Made by a program: the position numbers and the translations under genes
Assembly: GCA_043228905.1 (NCBI GenBank)
Contig: JBHGNT010000001.1
Span: 15,438,001-15,502,000, forward strand
DNA: 64,000 nt
Reading direction: 5' to 3'
Origin: Azolla caroliniana
Taxonomy: Eukaryota; Plantae; Polypodiophyta
The notes under the pieces: generated by a model
The model's input: only the letters and a program-made list of their open reading frames with translations
What the model was told of the DNA's origin: nothing
Database searches by the model: none
Shown here: in pieces, positions 51,001-64,000 of the stretch
Position numbering within the stretch: the first letter of the stretch is position 1
How the letters are laid out: the number at the start of each line of letters is the position of its first letter

Positions 51001-54000
51001 GAGGAGCCTTTGCAATTTTGATTCAATTTCTACACCGGAGGTAAGCCAATCATCTAATTTGCATTTCCATGAGTTTATGAATGCATTGATTTCATCATCT
51101 TCTTTCATCTTTAAACGTCTAATGAGTTTAGAGTCATGGCTTGATTTTTGTTCGTAGTTGGTTCAAATTCATTCTTCAAGTTGATCCACATGATGTTTGC
51201 GCTATTGCAGTTTTTGGTTGCGTCGGCTTGTAGGTCCTCCAAATTTGACATGAGTTCTAGGTTTGTTATTATATCTTTTTCTTCCTATGCAGGATAGTTC
51301 GAGTATGTTGTGTTGGGTTGCATCTCTTTGCCTTCAACTACTGCCCATAATTTCAGTTGTTTGAAAAGGAGAGTCATTTTGCTACTTTAGACTCTATAAT
51401 TGTTGTTTTTTTTTTCAAAAAGATTTCCTTCAGTAGTATTAAGAAAAGTGCCAGAGGGCTACAAAAATGTAAAAGTAGAGAGTATTATATACAAAAGAAA
51501 TGGTCAGGGCAAGGACCAAGGGTGTTGATATCTCCATAACGGTCCTTTAGAGGAGACTGTGAATAGAGGCAACTTCTTCTATAATTGGTATTTTTCAATT
51601 TGCTATTTGTTATTTTCTATACAGGAAATTTTTGGATAAAGAAGAAGTTTCCTGAGCCAAGGTTGTGCGAAAAAGGAAAAACAATGTTTGTTCAGAACTA
51701 GGAGTGTGGAGGTCTTAGAAGAGTTTGATCTAAGGGCGCTTCTCTAATTTTTCTACAATAGAATTTTGAATGTTATCTAAAGAGGAACTTGTTATGATAC
51801 CATGGAGAAGAGAGGGAGAAAGAAAGAAAGAACGAAAGATATATTAACGTCTTCTAAGGCCAAAATTGGCGCATGAGACAAATGGTTTACAACAAAAAAT
51901 GAGATATTTACCCATCATTGAAAGTAAAAAATAAAAATAAAAATAGAGTTTTAAGCTAAATAGTTATAGTAAAATAACAAACATGTTCTATATAAAAAAC
52001 ATGTTCTACAATGAAAATGATGTTATACTAGGCCTAATTTCATTTCCATCCAAGTCTCTCGAAGAGAAGCGGGAGGTCAACGGGTTTCGATGTGGATGTG
52101 GCCTGTGGTCCCAATGTAAAAGGTACCCCAACCATAGCTTCTAATCGACGTAGCTCACGTTCCCTTATCTTCTTAATCTTTTCTACTCCGTGTCGACTTG
52201 TTTAGAAGCCCAACATCTGAGGGCGTTTGGTTGTTCTTTGCATTTCGGCTTCTTCAAAAGAGAGGCTGAGCAGCATAAGTGTATCCACATTCATCGTCTC
52301 CCCTTGTTCTTGAAAAATTACACTAGTTACAAGTTGATGAATAGTAAAAGGGTTATGGTTAGTTCACTTTGTAATTTATTCTCCCTATGTTGTTTTAGCT
52401 CTAAGATATACCTACCTAGTCTCTTTACATCAGGGGTATCTAATAGTTTGGAGAGGGTGGGAGAGGGTCCTAATATGTCTTGGTATTCCACCCGTATCTC
52501 GACATAAGTTGGGCACTCATCCTCTATCTCTATGTGGCACAACTTACATAGCCTTTCCTCTCTAGGGACTCTATTAGCTCGACCATTCTCAATCTCAACT
52601 TGGTGAGATGATATCTTAAGTTGTCCAATGCCCACCCTTAGTGCATTTGATAAGAATGTATCTAGATATCTTGGTCATGTAATAAAACCTAACTGAGAGA
52701 AATGCAAGATGTGTTCGTTATAGTACAACATTTTAGTTGGGAGTGGCTCTCGTGGGGTGATCCATTTATATTGAGTGTAAATTTGCCATATTTCTTGGCA
52801 TATCACTTTATTACGGTCTTCATGAGATATTAGAGTTTGATCAGTCCCATGGTTGTACTTAAGGTGGGGTAGGTTATTAATGTCTATGCCATTTGCAAGT
52901 AACCAACTCACCACAGTGCTATACCAAGAGCTAGTGTCTCAAGACGCATGTAGGGATGGGGATGCCTCAAAGGCTTGACGGGATATATCCTATCTTGTGA
53001 TTGGCTATGTATCCGATGAATAAAAACTACCACCTGAAAAAGTGCTTCTACTAACATCGGGGAAGACTCAACTCTGCTCTAATAATGTCATGTGGTACTA
53101 TCGATTTGCTTCGTAGTTGACGTGATAACATCGTCACCAAAGGTCTCTTTAATTGCGTGCACATGAAATATGGTAGACTTGGAGCCCATACTAATGATTC
53201 ATACATGAGGGAAGGGGTCATTAATGAGTCGAAGAGCCATCCCTTAGTCTGTGGCTCTTGAAAGTATGCTTAGTGGCATTGTCTCTCTAAGAGTGAGAGG
53301 GATGCATACCCTCTCGTGAGCCTATCTTTGGTTGCGTAGGTCATTGAGAATTTACTTGAGCGAGGACTAAAAGTGACTCCCAAGTATACATATGATCCAA
53401 CTACCTCAACTAGTTTATGAGAGAGGATTAGGTGACATTTACTCCTAACTCGGGACGATGTATGAAAGATAAAGACTTTAGTTTTCGCTAGCTTCACTAC
53501 CAGTCCTCGTTGTGTACAAAAGTCATCTAGGGCATTAAGATGCTTTTGTAGGTCTTGTTCCGACTCTGAGAGCAAAACAATGTCGTCTACGTAGAGTAAG
53601 AGACTAACTTGTGTATCCCCAATAGCTACTCCCTTGGCTCCCTTAGAGCAATAAAATCAATGATCTCATCAATGTAGATCCTAAAAAGAGTCGGTGATAG
53701 GGGACAACCCTGTTTTACACCAATGGTGCTAGTGAAACAATCGGATAGGCCACCTGGGAATCTTATGCACCTAGAGACTTGCTCATATAGGGCATAAATG
53801 GCCCAAATCATGTCATTTGGTATCTCCAAGCTCCTAAGTCTATAAAACAACTTCTCCCTAGGAACTGTGTCAAAGGCTTTGTGGAAGTCCAGAAAACAAC
53901 AATATAGTTTCTTCTTACAAGCCTTTGTTTAGTCAATTAATCACCTAAGTGTGAAGATATGGTCAATAGTGGAGGAGGCTCGTCTAAAGTCAGCCCGCTT

Positions 54001-54397
54001 AGGTGATCGAAGACTTAATGTTTCCATATAATCGCTGAGCTCCGCTTCCGTTATCGCACCATATAGTTTAGCGAGCGTATGACCTATCATAATTGTCCTA
54101 TATGTATTTGGGTCCATTGGGTCCCCTCCTTTATGTATAGGGGCCACTGTGTTCATGGTCCATTGTGGTGGAAAACCCTCGGCGAGGGCGCGGTTGAAGA
54201 TTAGAGTGGGAAAGGGGGCTAGGCACTCTCGAGCATATAGTGGCTCTTCTATTGATTGTAGAGAGGCATGTATATTATTCGTAAAGTACAAATATGTCCT
54301 TTACAAATGTAACTCTTTATAGGAAGAGTCATAAGTGCTATTATTTTATAATTTAATTATAATCAATTGGTATTATTTTTCTTATAATTTCCCAACA
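48060..54397 (-). mobile_element. Degenerate Ty1/Copia element F; 5' LTR probably 51803-~52035 + ~54244-54397, split by a LINE
   Basis: Fragments of gag (50905-51108), integrase (LQLIHNDLCGPF) and RT (HHMDVQTAFLHG, GVYVDDF). Met PBS tgatacca before 51803. LTR end tttcccaaca is tentative. Confidence 0.7.
52040..54243 (-). mobile_element. 5'-truncated non-LTR retrotransposon (LINE) RT pseudogene
   Basis: PIHKGGDPMDPNTYRTI, FRRASSTIDHIFTLR, GVKQGCPLSPTLF, LLYVDDIVLL, YVYLGV and C-terminal SSHQVEIENGR..PREERLCKLC..EDE. Boundaries are approximate. Confidence 0.85.
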
Positions 54398-57300
54398 TAT
54401 AACCCTCCCTAGCGAAACGCTCCAAGTTGTAGAATCCCATGTTTGCACATAACAAATATGTGAACAATGCTAAAAGCTAAAATCGAAATGATGAAGATTC
54501 ATCCCCCAGTATTGGGTTCCAATTCTTTAAATGATAACAAGTCGGAAATGCGGGCCCACCACGTAGTGGGAGGCAAATACTTCGTTTCTAATTCACTATT
54601 TCCCCCATTACGTTTAAAAGTTGGAATAACTTTGGTCCCATTTACATATTCCTTGCGAGATCCATTCAACCACCTAATCGCTGTTGTATCGCATCATACG
54701 CACCCTTATACTTCTCCACAAATATTCCTCTCACATCGATGATCTGATCCAAAACTACTTGCACGATATATTGTAGGGTACTCTGAACATAAAACGAATC
54801 AAAAGCCCAGAATATCTATCACATGTACTAAATTTCCCAGATAAGCGATTATGACGATGCTAAGCAATGCCGGGGTGAGGATTGATGCAAGCAACGTCCA
54901 CTCAATGCTTATTATAACAAGGTGGAAATGTGATTCTTGAGAGCAATACATGTTCCAAATGTAAGGGAATTTAATTGTATATAAGATGGCTGTAGAATTC
55001 GGCAACTATACAAATAGAGAATGATTGCTAGAGAGAGAGAGATCACACATACATAATTTGTTCTATATTAATTGTATGATGTTACACTAGCCAAATGGCT
55101 TGTTTGTAGAGCCGATGGACAAAAAGTTATGTCTCTTCAATGAAGAGTTTTCTCTAAAGTGTAATTGTAAATAACTCTTCATAATTACTTATTTTAATAA
55201 TAATAATAGTAATATTAATAATATAATATTTAGATTAAATATTTCCACACCCCCCTTTAAGCTAAATATTATTTTATTCAAAAGTATTGTCGTTCGAAGA
55301 ATAGTTTGGCATTGTAAGACCAATCTTTCGACAACAAGCGGCATGCTTTGTTTGAGGTACTGGCTTTGTTAGAAAATCAGCCCACATTATTGTTGTAGAC
55401 ACATACTTAAAATCTAGCTTCTTCTCTTCAATTAAGTCTCGTAGAAAATGATGCTTGAAAGAGACGTGTCGAATATTATCACTCATTTTCGGATTACAAG
55501 CTAGCTTTATGCACGACTGATTATCACAATGAAGGATTAGCTTTGAAGTCTTAAACAAGTTAAGTTCTTCAAGTATAGAATGAATCCATATTCCTTCTTT
55601 TGCAGCGAGTGCGGCGGTTACATATTCAGCTTCTGTTGAAGATAGAGTGACCGTTGTTTGCTTCTTAGACCTCCATGCTATAGCGGCTCCGGCGAGACAA
55701 TATACGAAGCCACTTGTTGACATACGACCATCAATATCCCCTCCCCAATTTGAATCCGTCCAACCCGTCAATTGTGATGGATTGGTCCATCCTTCAAGAT
55801 TCATGTTGACGAACTCTGATTGTGATCTAGAGTAAGTTAACACCATATCTTTTGGTCGTTTTAGGTAACGTAGTAGTCGTTTTAAAGCTTGCCAATGTTT
55901 CGGTCCTGGATCATGCATAAATCTTGTTCCAGTGGTGAAACATAAATCGGGACGTGTACAACTAACAAGGTAGTGTATACATCCAAGAATTTGCTTGTAA
56001 GGAACATTGAGCATTTCATCTTGTTCTTTAATAGTTCTTGGAGCATCTTCGAGTGATAATTTTCATGGAGTTGACATTGGTGTAGAGATAGGCTTGCAAT
56101 GTAGCATATCAAAACGTTTTTAATACACTTTCAATGTATTGAGTTTGGGAAAGAGAAATGGTTCCTTTGGCACGATCTCTTTGTAAGTTCATTCCAAGGA
56201 AATACTTCATTGGACCAAGGTTAGTTATTGGAAAAGCTTGTTGAAGTTCCTTCTTTGCAAGTTGTAGATACGTTAGTGAGTTGGCAAGTAGAGGTAAGTC
56301 GTCGACATAAACACCAATTATGATGAAATTATTCTTAGATCTTTTAATGTATACATTTGGTTCATTCTTTAATCTTTTATAACCGTTGTTAGTTAGAAAA
56401 TTATGAAGTCGATGATACCAAACTCGTGGAGATTGTCGTAGACCATATAAGGATCGATATAGGCGACATACAGCGTTTGGTTGAGTTGAATCTTCAAAAT
56501 GCGGTGGTTGTTGCATATAGATCTCTTCTTCAAGTTCGTTGTGAAGGAAAGCGGTTTGAACATCTAAGTGATGGAGTTCCAAATCAAGTTCGACGGCGAG
56601 AGAGACAAATATGCGAAATGTGATACTTCGCAATGTAGGGCTAAATGTATCTTTAAAGTCGATTCCAGGAATTTGCGAAAACCCACGAGCTACAAGACGA
56701 GCTTTGAAACGTACAATATTTCCATTAGCATTGGTCTTCTTTCGAAGAACCCACTTACAACTAACAATTTGTCGATTAGGTGGTGGATCAACAAGGCTCC
56801 AAATTTTGTTCTTTAATAAGGCTGTCATCTCTTCTTCCATGGCAGCTCTCCATTTACGGCCATCGATACCAGATAACGCTTCTCTAACGGTAATAATCAA
56901 TTCATTTGTCGTATCCAGATCTTCTTCCATTATGAGAGCGTCTATATCGAGGTCCACAAAGTGTGCCTCGAATTGGTCGAGTTCCTTATAGATATCGGAC
57001 AAGCAGCGCGTACAGCGAGGTGGTGAGTCATTATAATATGGGTTTGGAAAGTATTGCGAGGATTGTGAATTTGAGTTGATTGATAAATCACTAGTGGTGT
57101 CAGGTAAATCAAGATGAAATGGCGGAATGATTTGATGGGTTTGAGGGCTTTCAAGGGTTTGGTGATTAGAGGCCGAGAAATTTGATAAAGAGATTGGTGA
57201 AGTGTTAAATGTATGTAAGTGTGGTGAAGACATGATTGATGGAGAGGATGTGTTTGTGAGGTCATTATAGTGTGTAGAGTTAGACGGTGTGAAACCACTA

Positions 57301-57595
57301 TCAAAAGGTGGGTGCATGTAGTTAGTTAGTTGGTTTATGTGGGTTGGTTGGAGTTAAAGAAGTAATTTTCATTTTACTTTTATTTTTATTAACTTTAAAT
57401 TTAAACATTGGTTTCTTGTGTAAACGAAGCCGTATGGGAGGAGTTCTTGGAGTAGAGGAAATGGGAGGAGATGCAAGTGGTAGATGTACAGGAGAGATCG
57501 GAGGAGGTGCAATGGGCTGATCAACATGAATATAAGGACGAGGGATTACCACATAACGATCGACAACATCGAGGACGTCATCAGATTGAGAGGGG

Positions 57596-57623
57596 TTTAG
57601 GGTTTAGGGTTTAGGGTTTAGGG
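57596..57623 (+). repeat. (TTTAGGG)4 plant telomere-type repeat inside Copia G
   Basis: Read directly: tttaggg x4. Confidence 0.9.
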
Positions 57624-57769
57624 TTTTCGATCGATTGCTGGCGGCAATTGCAGCGGCATCAGGATTCTTTTGTCAGTGACAAGGGTGGCGATTGTGATCA
57701 ACAATGTTGTGTTGATAGAAAGAGGCGGCATCGGCGGTGGTGCTATATGGGAGGTGGCGATCATCAACT

Positions 57770-58040
57770 ACAACCGTTTTCTGTTGGCGGCAAGTTGTGG
57801 CGACAGCGGCAGCAACGACTCTGGTTGAGAGACGACGTTCATCAGCAACGAGTTTCTATTGGCGGCAGGCGGCGGCGCTGGTTGAGAGGCGGTGATCGTT
57901 AACAACAGAAGTTTTCTGTTGGCGGTAGGCGGCGGCACTGGTTGAGAGGCTGCAATCGTCAGCAACAGAAGTTTTCTGTTGGCGGCAAGCAGCGGTCATC
58001 ACCAATTTTCTGTTGGCGGGAGGTGGCGGCGGCAGTGCTG
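57770..58040. repeat. Degenerate ~60-63-bp tandem repeat in the Copia G integrase-RT linker
   Basis: Recurrent gttttctgttggcgg(c/t)a(a/g)g...ctggttgagag units. Confidence 0.75.
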
Positions 58041-61000
58041 TTTGGAGAGCGGCATACATCAACGACACCGTTGTTATGAGATTGGTGAACGATGGCAACA
58101 TCATCTTCTAATTGTTCGCCTCCTTTGCGAATATCATTTTTTAGGTTATGTCTTGGTGTCGTGGATTCAAGAAAGGGTGACTCATCAAATTTGACAGTAC
58201 GACTGTAAAAAAAGGTTTTCTTGGTTGGATCAAATAAACGGTAAGCCTTGTAGTCGTTTGCATCTCCGTACCCAACGAAAATCGCTTTTCTTGGTCTTTG
58301 TTCTAACTTGGATCGTTTTTCGGCAGGAACAAAGGTGTAAGCAGGGCAACCAAAGATTTTGAGATCTTGCATATTTGGTTTTACTCCAAACCATAACTCG
58401 TATGGTGTGATTAACCCAAGTGTTTGATGATAGTTACGATTTTGGAAATAACATGCTGTTGCGACAGCTTCTTCTCAAAATGAGGGCGAAAGTGATGTTA
58501 GGTTCAACATGCTCCGGGCCGAATTAAGTAGTGTTCGATTTTTCCGTTCGGCTAGACCATTTTGTTGTGGTGTCGAAGGGACAGAAATTCATTGTAAAAT
58601 TCCATGGTCTTTACAAAATTTTGTAAACTTGTTAGATGTATATTCTCCTCCCTCGTCATATTGTAGACATTTCAATTGTAGATTTAGTTGTTTTTCTGTT
58701 AGTGCTTTATAATTTGTAAAAGCTGTGAAAGCTTGATCTTTACTTTTGAGGAATGTTAGTATAGTAAACCTTGTATAATCATCGATGAAACTAATGAAAT
58801 ATTTTGATTTTAAAAGTGATTGAGTTGGGAATGGACCGCATATGTCACTATGGACAAGTTCAAGTGATCGACTTCTTCGGGAGTTACTTGTAGGAAACTT
58901 TGATGATGCCATTTTGCCGAACAAGCACGCCTCACATATTATGGAAAACATATCCTTTGCGACTCCTTGAGCGAGCTTGTGAGTTTGAAGTGTTCGCATT
59001 GCAGCAAGGTGTGGGTGTCCAAGTCGATAGTGCCAAAGTAAGGTGAGTTCTTGTTGTCTTTCGATTTCGGTTGTATGAACTTCAATTTTTGATTGGGTTG
59101 TTGGATGTACACTAATTGGATATAACCCTCCTTGTCTTTTGCAGGAAGTTCGTATCGTGAGACCATTTGGTAGAAGATGATGAATCACGGCTTGATTATG
59201 ATGGAACTCGATGACGGTTCCATTCGAAGTTTCTTGACTTAACGAGAGAAGGTTCTTGGTGATACCAGGCACGTGGTACACATCATTTATGGTGAATTTT
59301 CCTCCTCCTGGAAGATGAAAAGTAAGTTGTCCTTTGCCTAGTGCTTGTTTTACTCCATTATTTCTAAATCTAACAGTTATTGGATTTTGTAGGGGTGTGT
59401 ACCTTTGAAGCCAATTTGATCGATGTGTGAGGTGGTTTGTCGCTCGAGTGTCGAGATACCATTTGTCATCCTTCTTCGTTGGTATATCCGCTACAAGTGC
59501 TTCAGCCACAAAAGCTTGCATCAAGTCCTTCTTCTTCATATTCATCCTTTTCTTCCATTGAGGCAACATAAACCTCTTCTTCTTCTTCTTCTTCGCCATT
59601 TCTTCTTCTTCACCATTTCTCTCTTCCTCGAATTCTTCTACAATGTGGGCTTGTGGTCGACGAATGTTGCTTGGGAATCTTCGAATAGACTTTTGTTTTG
59701 CCTTACATTCTTGTGGTGTGTGGCCTGGTCTTTTGCAAATGTTACAATAAGACTTATTGAACTTCATTCCTCCTTAAGTCATAGGTGCATTAGTCCACTG
59801 ACTCTTGAAACGCTTGTATCGTGCTTGTGGTTTGTAATGAGGTCGATAGGCTGCCATAGCGATTGCTTGTGTTGATGTGTTTTCTTCTCTTGTCTTTCTC
59901 ATCGAGTCTTCTTGTCTTATGTCTCCCATGAGATCTTCCATAGTGGCTTTTTTATTTAAATTTTGTGTAGTCACAAAAGATGACCAAGAAGAGGGTAAAG
60001 CGCCTAATAATAAACATCTTTGTAGTTTGTCGGAGATGTCGAAGCCAGATGTGATTGTGTCATCCAATTTCTTTTCCCAAGTTGTTAGAAAATTATCTAC
60101 ATCATCTTCTTCTTTCATTGTAAATGTGACATATGCACGTAGTGTGCGCACTTGTGTTGCATCCGTCTTTGGTTCGTATTGTGTCTTTAATTTCTCCCAA
60201 ATTTGATGCGAAGTTTGTAACTTTCTAAACGCTTCTCCTTGAACATCTGATATATGTGCTAATAATTCCATCTTTGCCACAAGATCTTTCTCTTCCCAAG
60301 TAACTTGGTCAGGTCCGGGGAGATCGGGTTTTTTTTTATAATCCTGACACTAAATCCCAAAGTTTGTAGTGTTGAAATAATAATTCGAGTCGAGCACTCC
60401 AAATGCGATAATTTTGCTTTGATAACTTTACTAATGAAAGTTTATGTGTGTTGAGAATGTTGGCAGGAGTTGAGAATTTTGCCATTTTTATGGAAGAGGG
60501 CTATCCGGCTTAGCGCTCGTCTTGATGACAAATCGATCAACGCTCCTCGGATTCTCTAGTCTTATTTGATAGATGCGGAAATCTGTAAATCTGATACCAT
60601 GTAGAATTCAGCAACTATACAAATAGAGAATGATTGCTAGAGAGAGAGAGATCACACATACATAAGTTGTTCTATATTATTAAATATATGATGTTACATT
60701 AGCCAAATGGCTTGTTTGTAGAGCCGATGGACAAAAAGTTATGTCTCTTCAATGAAGAGTTTTCTCTAAAGTGTAATTGTAAATAACTCTTCGTAATTAC
60801 TTATTTTAATATTAATAATATAATATTTAGATTAAATATTTCCACAATGGCCAATATGGGAGCAAGTTTTCCTGCCTTATGATTAGTCTGGATCTGATCA
60901 AGTGTCTACCTATGCCAATGGTGATACTCATGTGATTGACGAATGACGGTTCCATACAAAATTTAATTGCTTCCGTCACATACCCTATAATTGAGGAATG

Positions 61001-61325
61001 ACCAGCAGCAGTGCAGTCTTTAAAGACGCATATCATTTCACAAGCAAAAAAAAGGGCGTCGTATCTTTAATGACAATAGCAGCGACCATTATACTCTACT
61101 GATATTAGTACTGTTTAAGAGTGACATAATTTAATAGTAATTCTAGTATTATTTCAATGTAATATCAATCGGACAAAACAACAACGTGGGTTGTGATCGA
61201 AGAAAGGGCATCCATCCATCACACGTTGATTGTGATTGACGGTAGACAAAGAGTTACAAACAAATAGGGAGGGTAGGATGCCTGCATGCATGCATGGATT
61301 GGGGCCACCCTTGAATGTGTGATGA

Positions 61326-61910
61326 TCAATAATAGAGGTCCAAGTCGAAGGAGAGGGTCCAGTGCGCGGGCGCAACGTTGTCGATGACAACCCGCTTGGA
61401 GATGGCGGCACCACGAGCTGCGAGGAAGTCTCCGGTTCCCCCGACCACCACCAATGTCCGGTTGTCGAGAGACTCATCCTCCTGCCCCATGATGGCGATG
61501 GTGCCCGTGTATGGCCCCGACGTGATGGTGGCAGTGAATATATGCATGAGGACGTAACCCTTCTGTGAGTTGAAGATCCAAAAGCCCTGGGCGACGCCGA
61601 TGGGTTCCGAGTCGGGGGAGGCGTCGGGAGTGATGGGGTCCTCGAATGTGGAGCGCACACCGAAGTTGGTGGGGTTGGGCTGGCTGAAGTTGAAGGGTCC
61701 GGCACTGTACACGGAGTCGAAGACGGAGTTGTTGACGGCCGGGTTGTAGACTTGGTTGTGGATGTAGAAGCTGAAGGTCTCTGGTCCCTGCCGAGGCTTC
61801 CGTCGAGCCGATACAGTGGTGGTCAAAGGAGCGGCCAGTAACAGCAGATAAGCGAGTGTAGTGGCGAGTGTAATGGCGGAGGAGCCATATGAGATGGACT
61901 GCTGAACCAT
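61326..61910 (-). CDS. Dirigent protein (intronless, secreted)
   Basis: Signal peptide; dirigent motifs FSFYIHN, FG...FEDPIT, IGVAQGF, YTGTIAIMG, VVVGGTGDFLAARG. Confidence 0.93.
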   Translation of the reverse strand: MVQQSISYGSSAITLATTLAYLLLLAAPLTTTVSARRKPRQGPETFSFYIHNQVYNPAVNNSVFDSVYSAGPFNFSQPNPTNFGVRSTFEDPITPDASPDSEPIGVAQGFWIFNSQKGYVLMHIFTATITSGPYTGTIAIMGQEDESLDNRTLVVVGGTGDFLAARGAAISKRVVIDNVAPAHWTLSFDLDLYY

Positions 61911-64000
61911 GTTTGTAATTTGTGCTCAAATAGTTTTATGTATAATAAAATTCACACAATTACGAAGAGAAGAAGACAGCAGTGAAACGTTGGTTGATTG
62001 TGGAGAGGTGTGGTAATGGAAGGATGGATTAAGGAGAAGCGCTTAATTATTAATTCACAAACTAAAGGGAAGAAGGTAGCAGTGAAGATTGATTGTGGAG
62101 AGGTCTGGTAATCGAAGAAATGGAAGAAAAAGGCGTGCAATTTATACATAATTTACGCGGTTTTGGGGGGGGGGGGGGGGGGGGGGCAGGAATGACTGGA
62201 GGAGGCCATTCATTTCCCTTTTTAAAAAGTTGCCACGATGGAGTTCACGTTCCAGCACTGCAACGACTTTGAGTTAGAAACTTGTCGAACACGGTGCATT
62301 GCCACATGCCCAGAGGGCTGCTCTCCCATTACCGAGAATTAGTTAATAATACCTCCCGTCTGTCTGTCTTCTATATACACCACATATTTTGGAGTAAATG
62401 GTATTTTCACTCAGTTTTCATGACACACAACCGCCGAAGTTGGGTTACTTTAGACAAAAAAGAAGAGACTATTATTCATAATCGATGCTTTGGTTTCACA
62501 CAAAATTTTGTGGAATATGGAAATTAATATAAGAGTTATAAAAAGTGCACATTTCAATATTTAAAGTGAAGTCAATCTTTTGTTGTTGGAGTCCCATCTT
62601 CGTAGAGCTACACGGTTCTCCATCATCACTAATTTTAGGGGTGACAAAAAAACTTGGACTTGGTAAAAGTTGACTTGGCCAAAAGTCCATGCTGCGGGGA
62701 GAGGGAGAGATAAGCGAGGCGGATGCCAAATTCAGCACCGTCCGTCCGGTTATTATGGAGTATATATATTGTGGTGTGTTCCTTTTGTGCATTTCACAAT
62801 ACATATGTATATTGATATAGTAGAATATAATAGTATATTATCCATACCAATTGCAAAATGTAATTTGTGTGCCCAAGTATATAGATATGTATGAAACGTA
62901 ATTCTAGAACTAATTGCTTGTATAATAATAAGGGAGTGTGTGCAAGATTGAAGTATGTGCAATCTAGTTTCCTATGCATGTGATTATTTGTTTTGAACTA
63001 TATGTGTGCGTAGGTATATGTGTGAGTGTCTACATGTAGTGATTGTTGAGACAGTAAAACATTTGCTTAATGGTCTGTCCACGTAAGTGGGCCATTCTAC
63101 TATGTGCACATTTTTATGGAGGGCCAAAATCTAGGTAAAAAAATTACATTGTTTCATGACAATAATTACATCAAACTAAATTAAAACTATATTCCAAACA
63201 TTTAAAATCAACGATATCATCAACAAAAATCAGATCTCGAAGTCTTTCTTCTATGTCATACCAAAATCATGTAAGGATAGTTGCATACTTTTTGCTATAC
63301 GGTTAGAACTAATGGCTGAATTTGCTTGCATCTTGAATAATTCTACGAGTACTCAATAAAGCTAATTTTACTTGTTTTGCCTTTTTTGAACTCAAAGAAG
63401 TTTTTATAAGGATAAAATTGAGCAAGAGCTCACTATCAACAATATGTTGCAACAGTTCAAGGATAATCACATTTGCTTTCCTTGAGCATCCATGCATACC
63501 TTGCATCCCAAGTAGCTCAAGGAGTTATTTTCATCATATGTAAGTGGTTCTTTGGTGTTGGAAGCTTGTATTATAACTTCATCGATCTCTTCAAGAAGAT
63601 TTGATTAAGTTTTTCTTATTCATTTGCATCTACATTGACACATTCCATGATTTCATCTGCAATTTCTTCTACATTGTGTGCATGGAAAATTGCAGTTACA
63701 TAATAAAACAACAACATCATCAATGCATTCATCTTCCATTTCAATGACTTTAGCATCATCAATACAAAATAATGGGATAATATCCTCCTTTTTATAACAA
63801 TTTAAAAGTATACTGGTTGATCTCATTCCAAGCAATAACATTGACATTGGTAGCCTCTAGCAAATGTTTCTGAGTTTCCAAAACCTAAACCAATAGAATC
63901 TCTTTTCATACGTTTAGTCGTATCCTCCAAACAAATCTTAACAAATTCTAGATTATCATGATAAGAAAAAATTCTTCTTATCCATTGATATTTGTAAAGG

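Larger units (their letters stand above)
54991..60846 (-). mobile_element. Ty1/Copia element G, full length; LTRs 54991-55249 and 60600-60846
   Basis: TG...CA LTRs; TSD atggc (54986-54990 / 60847-60851); Met PBS ctgatacca; PPT; gag, CCHC knuckle, PR, integrase, RT (YVDDL) and RNaseH (ADFLTK) with frameshifts. Confidence 0.95.

Noticed and set aside
62165-62186. 22-nt poly-G run upstream of the dirigent gene (possible G-quadruplex)
   Set aside because: Simple homopolymer; length is unreliable and there is no evidence of function.
63300-64000. Short minus-strand ORFs at the window end
   Set aside because: Stop-riddled, with no motif I can assign.

Overview
Eukaryotic DNA from a non-seed land plant, probably a fern or similar (inferred from Tcn1-like chromoviruses, a PLS-PPR fragment, dirigent and LTPg genes). 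Only two intact host genes are visible: a GPI-anchored lipid-transfer protein (3280-4106, +, one intron) and a dirigent protein (61326-61910, -). Between them lie about 57 kb of nested transposons whose boundaries can mostly be read from LTRs and TSDs: Copia E > Copia A > chromovirus B > TIR DNA transposon > Gypsy C, with chromovirus D also inside Copia A, followed by Copia F, a LINE and Copia G. The most notable element is the TIR DNA transposon at 15717-33493 (about 7.6 kb once Gypsy C is removed; 33-bp TIRs; 4-bp TSD ATAA). It carries a Sola-like DDD transposase with a possible BAH/Tudor-like tail and, head-to-head with it, a 6-exon gene encoding a ParB/Srx-like domain fused to a bacterial-type beta-class N6-adenine/N4-cytosine DNA methyltransferase. 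This copy is pseudogenised but inserted recently. Other oddities: probable self-priming chromovirus PBSs, tRNA-like boxes in their LTRs, and an ECM29-PPR chimeric insertion with a 15-bp TSD. All protein family calls come from motif recognition by eye; no database searches were run.
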